DNA of 64,000 nt, from contig JAQULO010000001.1 of NCBI GenBank assembly GCA_028718565.1, forward strand, positions 27,736 to 91,735, given 5' to 3'. The DNA is from Syntrophales bacterium (GTDB taxonomy: Bacteria > Desulfobacterota > Syntrophia > Syntrophales > UBA2210). Positions within the stretch are counted from its first letter, which is position 1, and the number at the start of each line of letters is the position of its first letter. Positions 28,004 to 38,039 of this stretch are shown in pieces. The translations under genes and the position numbers were made by a program. Below the pieces are notes generated by a model, which was not told where the DNA came from, did not search any database, and saw only the letters and a list, made by a program, of their open reading frames with translations.

Positions 28004-29338
28004 TTACAATTGTTTCTTCAAAACATGGGCCGCCGTATGAATGATATCCCAGGACCCGCCGAAGGGAGGGCTATAGGCAAGGTCCAAGTAGCCAAGCTCA
28101 TCAAGCCCCATCCCGGACCAAAGACATGCCGACAGGGTGTTTATGCGGCCTACCGCTCCGCTCTGCCCCACTGCCTGCGCGCCCAGCAGTTTTCCTGATG
28201 CCTTGTCCGCAATCAGTTTGAGACCTAATCGGTGCCCTTCCCCCATAGAGGCCGCTGCCGACCTGCCCCAGATTATGGTACCTGCGGGGGCATATCCACT
28301 CCGCTGTGCCTCACGCTCGTCAAGACCTGTCATAGCAACCTCCAGGCCAAAGACCTTGAAGGATTGCGCCCCTACAACTCCAAGGAACGTCAGGGGATAT
28401 CCCCCGATATTCCGCCCGGCAACCCTCCCCTGCTTGTTCGCTATATCCCCCAGCGGGATGTGTACCCATCTCTTGCTCACCCGGTGATATGATTCACAAC
28501 AATCACCAGCGGAGAAGATCTCCTCACGTGAGGTGCGTTGCGAGGAATCCACTCGGATGGCACCCGATTCACCTACGGCAAGACCTGCCTCACGCGCCAA
28601 GTTCGTCTCGGGCTTCACGCCGAGGGCAAAGATGATGATGTCCGTATCTATCTTCTCTTTGTCGGTCACGAGGGACAAACGCGTTTGTGCTCCCCTTTCA
28701 ACGGCAACAGGAGACTGGTGGGCCATAAAGGTTACACCATTGTTGGTCAGTTCCTCCAGAACCACCGTAGAAAAAGCCGGATCCCATTTTTTGACCGGAA
28801 GTTCACCCCGGTATACGATACGAGTATCCAGACCGCGGGACTTCAAGGCCTCTCCCATCTCCATGGCGATAAAACCGGCCCCGACTATCGTGGCCTTACT
28901 GCACTGGTTGCTCTTGATGTATTCCTTGATGTTCAGGCCGTCGCGCAGGTTCTTAAGGACAAAAACCCCGTCCAGGTCCGTGCCCGGTATGTTGGGCAGG
29001 GTTGGTACAGCACCCGTTGCCAGGACGAGGACGTCGTATGGTATCCGTTCGCCCCCCGCCAGAAGGACGATCCCCTCATCGACCCCAATTCCCTCAACCC
29101 GGGTATTGAGTTTTACCTGTATCCCTGTTTCTTCAAACTTTTCAGGGGTCCTTGCTATAAGCTTTTTAGAATCCTTTATTACATCACCGATGTAATAGGG
29201 CATGGGTCAGGCAGCATATGAGACAAATTCCCCCCCCTCCAGCATGGTTACATCCAGAGATGGATCTCGCCTCTTTGCCTCCGCGGCGGCGGATGCCCCC
29301 CCTGCACCCCCTCCAACGATCACAAGCTTTCTGTTCAT
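28004..29338 (-). CDS. Selenocysteine-containing pyridine nucleotide-disulfide oxidoreductase (CoA-disulfide reductase / NADH oxidase family)
   Basis: Called ORF 28004-29203 starts at MPYYIGD and lacks the FAD-binding N-terminus. The same frame continues upstream through TGA (29209-29207) to ATG 29338, giving MNRKLVIVGGGAGGASAAAEAKRRDPSLDVTMLEGGEFVSYAA-U-PMPYYIGDVI. This supplies the GxGxxG motif and places U where the family has its redox Cys (SFANCGLPYY). ATG overlaps the lgt stop (ATGA). A SECIS-like hairpin follows the TGA. Confidence 0.85.
29177..29197 (-). promoter_or_regulatory. Candidate bacterial SECIS hairpin for the Sec-oxidoreductase
   Basis: The mRNA reads UAUUACAUC-GGU-GAUGUAAUA, a perfect 9-bp stem with a GGU apical loop. 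The stem starts 9 nt after the UGA and the loop is about 18-21 nt after it. Confidence 0.65.
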
Positions 29339-30186
29339 GTGTCCCCCCTTTGTCTTTTTTTAATCCCCATTACGATTATGCCGAGAACGATCATGCCAAC
29401 GCAGAGCATCTGTCCCATGCTGAGTTCCCATGCAAAAAGTCCGACCTGGGGATCGGGTTGTCTGAAAAATTCAATAAAAAACCGTACCGTTCCATATCCA
29501 ATAAGATATAAAGAAAAGAAGTTTCCGGTTAAATACTCCTTTTTTCTGACACTCCACAGGATCACGAACAAGAAGATCCCTTCAAAAAAGGCCTCATACA
29601 ACTGGGACGGGTGACGGAGGGTATGGAGCAGGTCCAGCGGGAAATACATCCCCCACCACACATCCGTAACGCGACCGTACAGTTCACCATTCAGAAAATT
29701 CCCGATTCTCCCAAAGGTATATCCCATGGGTATTGCCGGACAGAAGAGGTCCGCAAAGCGCCAAAAACTGATATTACGCCTGCGGAAAAAAAAGATGGAG
29801 ACCAGGAGAATCCCTACAAGCCCGCCATGGTAAGACAGGCCGCTGATTCCGACAAACCGGAACCCGTCTGAGATGTCAAAGGGTAAAACAATGGATAGTG
29901 GGTGAGCCGCGTAGTATTCAAGATTATAGAAGAGGACATATCCCAGCCGCCCACCTATCAGTAGGGCCCCTATCGCCCATACAAAATAGTCCTGGATCGT
30001 CTCCTTCGAGTACTCGAACTTTTCATTCTGTATCCTATGGATAACGAGGAGATATACAACGGAAAAGGCAACAAGATACATGAGCCCGTAGTACCGAAGC
30101 TGAAAGGAACCTATTTCCAGAAACGCCGGGTTGATATGCTCCGGGATATGTTGCCAGAAATCTATCAGTCGGGCCATCGCACGCAT
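29335..30186 (-). CDS. lgt: Prolipoprotein diacylglyceryl transferase
   Basis: 283 aa, polytopic, with motifs YGLMYLVAF, GGRLGYVLFY and FGRIGNFLNGELYG. Confidence 0.92.
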   Translation of the reverse strand: MRAMARLIDFWQHIPEHINPAFLEIGSFQLRYYGLMYLVAFSVVYLLVIHRIQNEKFEYSKETIQDYFVWAIGALLIGGRLGYVLFYNLEYYAAHPLSIVLPFDISDGFRFVGISGLSYHGGLVGILLVSIFFFRRRNISFWRFADLFCPAIPMGYTFGRIGNFLNGELYGRVTDVWWGMYFPLDLLHTLRHPSQLYEAFFEGIFLFVILWSVRKKEYLTGNFFSLYLIGYGTVRFFIEFFRQPDPQVGLFAWELSMGQMLCVGMIVLGIIVMGIKKRQRGDT

Positions 30187-30257
30187 CTTTCCTCAGACAT
30201 CACATTTAATTCGTACCCTTCCTCTGTCCGCCGGCAGACCGCCGGCACAGATCACCC

Positions 30258-30455
30258 TCAAGTGGACGAGCAGGAAGGCCCGGATGACGAACAGCTCTGG
30301 CAGGACCCATGAGACCCAGCAGGTCGGGAGATGATCTTCTCAACCTTTTTCTTTCCGCATGCGGGACACGATATTTCCTTGTCGTCATCCTGCGAAAACC
30401 GGATCAGTTCAAATTCCTCACCGCAGTGTATGCATCTATATTCATAGATAGGCAT
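30258..30455 (-). CDS. FmdB-family zinc-ribbon protein (CxxC_CxxC_SSSS type)
   Basis: MPIYEYRCIHCG...CPACG followed by a Ser/Cys-rich tail. Confidence 0.8.
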   Translation of the reverse strand: MPIYEYRCIHCGEEFELIRFSQDDDKEISCPACGKKKVEKIISRPAGSHGSCQSCSSSGPSCSST

Positions 30456-30659
30456 CGTTATTTCTCCATCGTAAATAATGGTTTTACAAACGGCTGTTTC
30501 GAAAAAGCAGATACTTCATGAAACCATGATAAACATTTGTAAGAACCACCGCAGAATACCCGTCCTATGGACGGGGATGAATGCGGAGCGGTGGTAAGGG
30601 GGATGCAGCCCCCCTCCGCCAACTTGATAAGATGCCCCGCCTTGCAGGCGGGTAATTCA

Positions 30660-31625
30660 CTAATATGCTTGACCTCTGACACCATCGACATAGAGCGAGG
30701 CGCTGTGCGCGGCTGTCGCTCCATCGCCGCAGGCGGTTACCACCTGCCGGAGAGACTTGCTGATGCAGTCCCCGCAGGCGAAGATGCCTTCAGCCGATGT
30801 CTTCATATCACGATCGGCTGCAATATAGCCATCCGCGTCGATATCGACAACCTCTTTGACAATATCAGTGTTGGGAATAAGACCGACAAAGATAAACACC
30901 CCCTCGACAGGGATCTCCTCCGTCCGGCCAGGATCTTTAACATTTCGTATCCTCACACCGGTTACGCCATCCTCTCCTAGGATTTCCTCCACGGTGGAAT
31001 CCCAGGCGAAGGTGATCTTCTCATTGGCAACAGCCCGCTGCTGCAGCACAGCTGTCGCGCGCAGGCGGTCTCTCCGGTGAATCAGAGTGACCTTCGAGGC
31101 GAATTTCGTAAGATAGATGGCTTCCTGGACGGCGGTATCTCCGCCTCCGACCACCGCGACTTCCCTGTTCCGGTAAAAGGGAGCATCGCAGGTGGCACAG
31201 TACGATATGCCCCTGCCCACCATTTCCTCCTCCCGCGGTACTCCCAGGCGGCTCCAGGCGGCCCCCGTGGAGACAATGACGGAAAGGGTCCTGTAAGCGC
31301 CTCTGTCGGTGACGACCTCCCACCCTTCAACATCTCCCAATTGCACCCGGTGTATCCGGCTCACCTGCTCAGGCTTGATCTCCAGGCCGAACGAAACAGC
31401 CTGTTTTTTGAAGGTTTCGTTAATCTCAAACCCGCCGATCGCGGGGATTCCGGGATAGTTTTCTATCATATCCGTCATGGTGATCTGGCTGGCCTGGGCG
31501 TTCCCCTCCAGCAGCAGTGTCTTCATATCGGCCCTGGACGCGTAGAGCCCCGCGGTCAGCCCTCCGGGGCCACCCCCCACTATAACAATATCATAGGTAT
31601 CCTTTGGTATCTGTATGTCTGCCAC
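30660..31625 (-). CDS. trxB: Thioredoxin-disulfide reductase
   Basis: FAD motif IVGGGPGG, redox centre CATCD and NADPH motif VVGGGDTA. Confidence 0.93.
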   Translation of the reverse strand: MADIQIPKDTYDIVIVGGGPGGLTAGLYASRADMKTLLLEGNAQASQITMTDMIENYPGIPAIGGFEINETFKKQAVSFGLEIKPEQVSRIHRVQLGDVEGWEVVTDRGAYRTLSVIVSTGAAWSRLGVPREEEMVGRGISYCATCDAPFYRNREVAVVGGGDTAVQEAIYLTKFASKVTLIHRRDRLRATAVLQQRAVANEKITFAWDSTVEEILGEDGVTGVRIRNVKDPGRTEEIPVEGVFIFVGLIPNTDIVKEVVDIDADGYIAADRDMKTSAEGIFACGDCISKSLRQVVTACGDGATAAHSASLYVDGVRGQAY

Positions 31626-31914
31626 AAGTTCCCCCTCTTTCAGAGTATACCGGTCAGTTTAGTCACATTTCCCGCTTTGTCAAGCGCCAAGCCCGCATGC
31701 TCTGTTGTCTATTCACCAGTGCCGACCGGTACGTGGGCCCGAACCCTCTGTCGTGCCGGGAGTCGCCCCGGTTCACCATCGTCAAAGAACCCATCAATAT
31801 GTTGACAAAAAGGGGCACTTGGTGAGAGGTTCTCTATGACGAGACCGCACGGGAATTGTCCGGTCCCTCGCGTCCACGGTTCAAACCTGTGGGCGTTACT
31901 CCGGGGAGCATTGA

Positions 31915-33912
31915 ATGGAAGCACTTAAAATAATAACTGATTTTACCCCCAAGGGGGATCAGCCGCAGGCAATAGATAGGCTTGTGGAGGGGGTTGATAG
32001 GGGGCTGAAACATCAGGTGCTCCTGGGGATCACCGGTTCGGGGAAGACCTTTACAATCGCCAATGTCATAGAGGCACGGCAGCGCCCCGCCCTTGTCATT
32101 GCCCACAACAAGACCTTGGCGGCCCAGCTCTACAATGAATTCAAGGTCTTTTTCCCGAATAACGCCGTCGAGTATTTCGTCAGCTACTATGACTATTACC
32201 AGCCCGAGGCCTACATCCCGACTACCGACACCTATATCGAAAAGGACTCCGCCATCAATGACCGGATAGACAAGATGCGTCATTCGGCCACTCGTTCCCT
32301 GTTGCAGAGGCGGGATGTGATCGTCGTGGCCAGCGTGTCCTGTATCTACGGTATAGGCGCGCCGGATAAGTACGCCGGCATGCAGATTCCTCTGGAAAAA
32401 GATATGGAGATCGGGAGAGACAATCTCCTGAAAAGGCTGGTAGAGGTACAGTATGAACGAAACGATATCGACTTTCATCGCGGCACCTTCCGTGTCAGGG
32501 GCGATATTGTAGAGATATTTCCCGTGTACGAAGAAGAACTGGCCCTTAGGGTGGATTTTTTTGGCGATGTAATTGAGTCCATATCGATTGTTGACCCCCT
32601 TCGTGGGAAAACGATAAACAAACTCGACCGAACCACCATATATCCGGGAAGCCACCACGTGGCGACGCGGGATACCATCAAACGGGCCATCTCGGCAATA
32701 CGGGAAGAACTGTCAGATAGCCTTAACTTTCTGAACTCGCAGAACAAGCCTCTGGAGGCGCAACGTATCGAGCAGAGGACCATGTTCGATATAGAGATGA
32801 TGGAGGAGATGGGATACTGCCAGGGGATAGAGAACTACTCCCGGCACCTGACGGGACGTATGCCGGGACAACCACCCCCCACGCTGATGGAGTACCTGCC
32901 CAGTGATGCCCTTGTGATTATCGATGAGAGCCATGCCTCGGTTCCGCAGATAAACGCCATGTACCGTGGGGACCGGTCGAGGAAAAGCACCCTTATAGAA
33001 CACGGGTTCCGTCTGCCATCCGCCCTTGACAACCGGCCCCTTACCTTCAAGGAGTTCGAGGCCTTTCCGAACCAGAGGATATACGTATCGGCCACGCCCG
33101 CAGATTATGAACTGGAGCAGTCGGGAGGCGTCTTTGTGGAGCAGATAATTCGCCCCACGGGTCTTATGGACCCGGAGATTGTGATCAGGCCGGTCGCCAG
33201 TCAGGTGGATGACCTGTTCGGCGAGATCAACCGACGGGTAGAGCAGGGGGACCGCGTCCTGGTCACCGTGCTGACGAAGAGGATGGCCGAGAACCTCACG
33301 GAACATTACCACGACCTGGGGATGAAAGTGGCGTATCTTCACTCCGATGTCCAGACCCTCGATCGGGTCGCGATCATTCGTGACCTTCGCATGGGAAAGT
33401 ACGATGTCCTGATCGGGATTAACCTTCTCAGAGAGGGGCTCGATATTCCGGAAGTCTCCCTGGTAGCCATCCTTGACGCGGACAAGGAAGGATTCCTGCG
33501 TTCCAAAAGGTCGCTGGTACAGACGAGCGGGCGCGCGGCGCGCAACATCAAGGGACAGGTCATCATGTACGCGGACAAGATTACCGCCGCAATCCAGGGC
33601 TGTATTGATGAGACGAAAAGAAGACGACATATACAAGAGCGGTTTAACGAAGAAAACAATATCACCCCGGAATCCATCAAAAAAGAGATGCACGATATCC
33701 TCAGCTCTGCCTATGAGGCGGATTATGTAACGGTCAGTGTTGATGAAAAGATGGCGGCCTACGTATCCGGAGATGTCCCCGCCATGATAAAAAAGCTCGA
33801 AGGAGAAATGAAACAGGCGGCCAAGAAACTCGAATTCGAGAAAGCGGCACAGATCAGGGACGAGATCAAGGAACTGTCACGCATAGAAACCGAAATCGGA
33901 CTGTGGAAGTAA
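31915..33912 (+). CDS. uvrB: Excinuclease ABC subunit B
   Basis: Walker [11 protein letters not shown], helicase motifs and a C-terminal UVR domain ([16 protein letters not shown]). Confidence 0.97.
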   Translation: MEALKIITDFTPKGDQPQAIDRLVEGVDRGLKHQVLLGITGSGKTFTIANVIEARQRPALVIAHNKTLAAQLYNEFKVFFPNNAVEYFVSYYDYYQPEAYIPTTDTYIEKDSAINDRIDKMRHSATRSLLQRRDVIVVASVSCIYGIGAPDKYAGMQIPLEKDMEIGRDNLLKRLVEVQYERNDIDFHRGTFRVRGDIVEIFPVYEEELALRVDFFGDVIESISIVDPLRGKTINKLDRTTIYPGSHHVATRDTIKRAISAIREELSDSLNFLNSQNKPLEAQRIEQRTMFDIEMMEEMGYCQGIENYSRHLTGRMPGQPPPTLMEYLPSDALVIIDESHASVPQINAMYRGDRSRKSTLIEHGFRLPSALDNRPLTFKEFEAFPNQRIYVSATPADYELEQSGGVFVEQIIRPTGLMDPEIVIRPVASQVDDLFGEINRRVEQGDRVLVTVLTKRMAENLTEHYHDLGMKVAYLHSDVQTLDRVAIIRDLRMGKYDVLIGINLLREGLDIPEVSLVAILDADKEGFLRSKRSLVQTSGRAARNIKGQVIMYADKITAAIQGCIDETKRRRHIQERFNEENNITPESIKKEMHDILSSAYEADYVTVSVDEKMAAYVSGDVPAMIKKLEGEMKQAAKKLEFEKAAQIRDEIKELSRIETEIGLWK

Positions 33913-33940
33913 GAGAACTGTTTGACCCCGGTATTTGCGC

Positions 33941-35791
33941 ATGGATGAAAACCTAAGACAGGAAAAGATACGAAACGCCCCGGCGCGTTCGGGCGTCTAC
34001 CTCATGAAGGATGGTGACGGCCACGTTATCTACGTCGGCAAGGCAAAAAATCTTCGCGCCCGCATACGTGCCTACTTCGGAGGAACAGACCCGCGCCGGA
34101 TGATCCCATTTCTGGTATCCCGGATACAGGATCTGGAATTCATCGTCACGGATACGGAAAAAGAAGCCCTCATCCTTGAAAACAATCTGATCAAAAAGCA
34201 CCGGCCCCGGTACAATGTCAACCTGCGGGATGACAAGAATTTCTACAGCCTGCGGGTCGACACCACCCAGGACTTCCCCCGCTTCCATCTGGTCCGGAGC
34301 ATCAAGAAAGACAGTGCGCGATATTTCGGGCCCTACTCGTCAAGCGCCTCAATGAAAGAGACTTTTTGGTACCTGCACCGCATATTCCCTCTCCGAACCT
34401 GCCGGGACCTGGAGTTCAAAACGAGGGAAAGGCCCTGTATGGAATTCCAGATCAACCGATGCCTTGCCCCCTGTTGCGGGCTTGTTACCTCCGCCGACTA
34501 CCGCAGGCTTGTGGCCGACGCTACCCTGTTTCTGGAAGGACGCAGCGGAAAACTTGTTCGGCAGCTCCGCTCACAGATGGACCGGTTATCCGAAGGGCTG
34601 CATTTTGAGGAGGCGGCCCGGATACGGGACAAGATCAGCGCAATTGAGACAACCCTGGAAAAGCAGCGGATCGTGTCCCCCTCTTTCAAAGACCAGGATG
34701 TCTTCGGTTCGCACCGTGTAGATGACCGGCTGCAGATCTATGCTATTCATGTCAGGAAGGGGGCCATCATGGGGCAGAGAAGTTTCCCCCTTGTGAAGAC
34801 ACGAATGGAAACCGCCGAGGCCCTCTCGTCTCTTTTGAAACAGTACTACAACGCGGGTGTAACCGTTCCCCGTGAGGTTATCGTTCCTGAGCGGATGGAA
34901 GATGCGGAGATTATCGAACAGTGGCTCACGGAAAAGAGGGATGGAAAGGTATCGCTTATAGTCCCCCGCCGGGGGAACACAAAGGCCCTCCTTGCCATGG
35001 CGCTGTCAAATGCCGAAAACGCACTGCGGGCCTCGGATAAACAGGAAACGGACCATGAGGGGACCCTTGAAGAGATCGAAAGTCTTCTCCTGCTGAAGAA
35101 GGCCCCCCGCCGCATAGAGTGCTTCGATATATCCAACATCGGAGGAAACTATGCCGTCGGGTCAATGGTTGTCTTTACAGGGGGAGCCCCTGACAAGGCG
35201 CGCTATCGACGCTTCAGGATACGGACGAAAGAGGGGGCCGACGATTACGGGATGATGCGCGAGGTCTTGGAACGGCGCTATGGGAAAGGTTTGGATCTCC
35301 CCGATTTGATCATGGTCGACGGTGGCAAGGGGCAGCTCGGTGTCGCGCTCTCCGTCCTGGAGGAACGGGGTATACAGGGGGTGGATGTCATCGGCCTGGC
35401 AAAGGAAGCACACGCCTTTTCGGCAGTAGCATCTTCCACTGTGTCACGCGACAGGGACCGTGTCTATCTTCCGAACCGAAAGAACCCTTTGTATCTTGAC
35501 AAGCACCCGCGGGCGCTCTTCCTGCTTCAGGGGGTGAGGGACGAGGCCCACCGTTTCGCGATAACCTACCACCGCACACTGAAGTCACAGAAGGATTTCA
35601 GTTCCATCCTCGACAATGTTCCGGGAATCGGCGCGGTCAGGAAGAAGGCACTCCTAACCTTTTTCAGGGATGTCAACAAGATAGCGAATGCATCCCGGGA
35701 AGAGCTTGAAAAAATCCCGGGAATAGGGGACAATGCGGCGCGTACGATATTTGAATATTTCCATACCCCCGAAAAGGGGCCTGACCTTTAA
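33941..35791 (+). CDS. uvrC: Excinuclease ABC subunit C
   Basis: GIY-YIG (GVYLMKD..VIYVGKAKNLR), UVR domain (FEEAARIRDKI), endonuclease V-like domain and a C-terminal (HhH)2. The ATG at 33941 is preferred over TTG 33935. Confidence 0.96.
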   Translation: MDENLRQEKIRNAPARSGVYLMKDGDGHVIYVGKAKNLRARIRAYFGGTDPRRMIPFLVSRIQDLEFIVTDTEKEALILENNLIKKHRPRYNVNLRDDKNFYSLRVDTTQDFPRFHLVRSIKKDSARYFGPYSSSASMKETFWYLHRIFPLRTCRDLEFKTRERPCMEFQINRCLAPCCGLVTSADYRRLVADATLFLEGRSGKLVRQLRSQMDRLSEGLHFEEAARIRDKISAIETTLEKQRIVSPSFKDQDVFGSHRVDDRLQIYAIHVRKGAIMGQRSFPLVKTRMETAEALSSLLKQYYNAGVTVPREVIVPERMEDAEIIEQWLTEKRDGKVSLIVPRRGNTKALLAMALSNAENALRASDKQETDHEGTLEEIESLLLLKKAPRRIECFDISNIGGNYAVGSMVVFTGGAPDKARYRRFRIRTKEGADDYGMMREVLERRYGKGLDLPDLIMVDGGKGQLGVALSVLEERGIQGVDVIGLAKEAHAFSAVASSTVSRDRDRVYLPNRKNPLYLDKHPRALFLLQGVRDEAHRFAITYHRTLKSQKDFSSILDNVPGIGAVRKKALLTFFRDVNKIANASREELEKIPGIGDNAARTIFEYFHTPEKGPDL

Positions 35792-35887
35792 CGGCTTGTG
35801 ATGCCTCCGTATGCCCCGGAGTCACGGGCGGCAGAGAACGTGGCTGGCTTGTCTTACAACAAGACCTGCGGAGAAAAACGATTGATC

Positions 35888-37288
35888 ATGAAACATATCA
35901 CTCCTCACCGTTTTGCGTCCTTTCCGTTGCTGTTTATGGCCATCATTGTGGTGTCCGGATGTGCGGCGAAGGAAAAGCTGTACTATGCCGCCCCCACGCT
36001 TCTCCCGGGAACCCAGCGCGCCATGAAGATCGCTGGCTTCTGGGAGGGCCGTCACCCCTTTCCGGACAAGCTTATCCTGGATAGTAAGGGCATAAACAGA
36101 CTTAATCTGTACGTGCAGGATGCGCTGGAATTGACCCATGATATCACCCGGCTTCCGTACCCCCTTCCGCGCGACTATATCCTGAGCAAGACAAATGAAA
36201 TCACCGATTATTATGTTGGTCTATCTCTTTACCACGAAGACGGCAGCAGGATAACGCATCGATTTTATGAGGAGATGAAGGCGAGGATGGACCTGATCTC
36301 TCTCCCATCCGGAATTGACACGCGATATGGCCTTGTCGTTCGCTACACCGATCAGCGTGTTTTCCCCACAAGCGAGGCCGCGTACGCGAAGTCACACGAT
36401 ATAGACTTCGATGAACTTCAAAACAGCGCCCTCGATATCGGGACGCCTGTAGCCGTGGTACATGCAAGCCTGGATGGGAAGTGGTTCTACGTTATGGATC
36501 CTCTCAATGCGGGGTGGGTCCCGGTGGAAGCTGTAGCCCTGTGCAGCCTGGACGATCTTAAAAAGTTTATCGGCGCGGAGCCGTTTGCCGTAGTGACGCG
36601 GCCTAAGGGGGAAGTTTTTCTGGATTCCGGCATGAGAGCTTATTATGATTATGCACGAATGGGTGTAAGGCTTCCGATCCGTGAAGAGAGCAGGGACGGC
36701 ATTGCCGTAATCCGCCTGCCCCTCCGGGGGGAGGACGGATCATTGTCCGAGCAGGCGGGGTACATCAGAGAGGATGATATCCATCAGGGATATCTGCCCT
36801 ACACCCCCCGCACGATAATCCGGCAGGCGTTTGAACTTATCAACGCGCCCTACGGCTGGGGCGGCATGTACGGCGAACAGGACTGTTCCCGTTTTGTTCA
36901 GGAGATCTTCGCGACGGTCGGGGTATCACTCCCCAGAAATTCCTCGAAACAGTCCCAGGTGGGGGACCTTCTCGGCGAGTATCCCGGCAATACGGCGAAG
37001 GAGACCAAACTGGATATATTGTCCCGGAAGGCGATCGGGGGATGCACCCTGTTATACCTGAGGGGGCACATCATGTTGTTCCTCGGAACGATTGAAGGCA
37101 CCCCCTATGCAATACACAGTACCTGGGGCTATCGGGAGCCTCTGTGGTGGGGGGAGAGGACCCGTGTCATCAATCGCGTCGCCGTGACAAATCTTTCTCT
37201 GGGAGAGGGATCAAAAAAAGGGTCGTATCTGGAGCGGCTGCGCTCAATCAGGTTGATTTCATTCTCCGACCCCCAAAAAGAATCATAG
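35888..37288 (+). CDS. NlpC/P60 (C40) peptidase lipoprotein with SH3-like domains
   Basis: Lipobox IVVSGC after MKHITPH... . C-terminal catalytic region YGWGGMYGEQDCSRFVQEIF ... GHIMLFLG. The ORF opens at 35798. Confidence 0.8.
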   Translation: MKHITPHRFASFPLLFMAIIVVSGCAAKEKLYYAAPTLLPGTQRAMKIAGFWEGRHPFPDKLILDSKGINRLNLYVQDALELTHDITRLPYPLPRDYILSKTNEITDYYVGLSLYHEDGSRITHRFYEEMKARMDLISLPSGIDTRYGLVVRYTDQRVFPTSEAAYAKSHDIDFDELQNSALDIGTPVAVVHASLDGKWFYVMDPLNAGWVPVEAVALCSLDDLKKFIGAEPFAVVTRPKGEVFLDSGMRAYYDYARMGVRLPIREESRDGIAVIRLPLRGEDGSLSEQAGYIREDDIHQGYLPYTPRTIIRQAFELINAPYGWGGMYGEQDCSRFVQEIFATVGVSLPRNSSKQSQVGDLLGEYPGNTAKETKLDILSRKAIGGCTLLYLRGHIMLFLGTIEGTPYAIHSTWGYREPLWWGERTRVINRVAVTNLSLGEGSKKGSYLERLRSIRLISFSDPQKES

Positions 37289-37358
37289 AGCCGGGTAACC
37301 GTCCCTGCCAAGCAAACATTCAAAATTCCTTGACAATCTTTTTGAGGGTGTCTGGTTT

Positions 37359-37883
37359 TCAGGACTTTCCGTGGTGGAGATATCCTGCGGACATCCGACG
37401 AGCGCAGTCGGCCTGGAAGAAAGAGAATCCTACACAGGCGACCCTGATCCCCTTAGACCGAAGGAAGGAGGCCGTTTGTCTTATTTGGGCGTGATGGTCT
37501 GGCCCACAATCACAATTCGTTGGTCTTTGTTGAAGGCGATGGCTTCGTCAGGAGCCAGATTGAAATAGACCCGATGGTATTCGGCAAGACTCACGGAATC
37601 GTTTTTTTTGGTAGAGACGTAGTATTCCTTCAAGCTGTTCGGTATCGAGCCGGGCCGCAAAGGAAGCATACTCCAGGGCCCGTGCAAGGGTGTCGCGAGG
37701 GGTTCTATTTCCCTTCACCTTGACAACGACAGTTGTGCCGTGCCGATCAATACCCAGAAGATCAATGAAGCCTCCGAAATTCGTGACTACTTGGCGACCA
37801 ACGATGAGAAGTTTTCCTTCTTCAATAATGCCATCAGGATTTGACTCAAGCCAGTCCTCCAGTACGGCTTCTTCATGATTCAA
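37359..37883 (-). pseudogene. NucS/DUF91-like PD-(D/E)xK nuclease, frameshifted
   Basis: Frame 1 reads ...LIVGRQVVTNFGGFIDLLGIDRHGTTVVVKVK...ALEYASFAARL. The homology continues in a second frame (LKEYYVS...NKDQRIVIVGQTITPK*) and a third (IRQTASFLRSKGIRVACVGFSFFQAD...). That implies at least two disabling lesions. Confidence 0.6.
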
Positions 37884-38039
37884 TTGAAACGGGTTTGAAC
37901 GTATCCACCAAACTTACCATCGGTGTGAATGCCAAAGAGTCTCATGTTATCCTTTCATACGCCGAACGTGCTACTCACCTGTCGGTGTGAAGCGCAGCGG
38001 AACACCGGTCAGGTGCAGTAGATGGTTGGGAGTACTACT

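Noticed and set aside
28533-29221. 220-aa and 227-aa plus-strand ORFs
   Set aside because: They are antisense shadows of the Sec-oxidoreductase gene. The same reasoning applies to 24287-24928 and 25574-26359 (opposite hypF), 15579-16397 and 14574-15272 (opposite fdnG), 20068-20757 (opposite hyaB), 13425-14276 (opposite fdnH/fdnG) and 52235-52801 (opposite serA).
31874-31898. tRNA-like T-arm (CACGG-TTCAAAC-CTGTG + GGCGTTA) upstream of uvrB, considered as a tRNA fragment or att-site relic
   Set aside because: No matching acceptor 5' strand, anticodon arm or CCA is present. An isolated GGTTCAAAC-type stem can arise by chance.
31834-33693. 274-aa and 326-aa minus-strand ORFs (31834-32658, 32713-33693)
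   Set aside because: They are antisense to uvrB, whose identity is unambiguous. They have no motifs or RBS.
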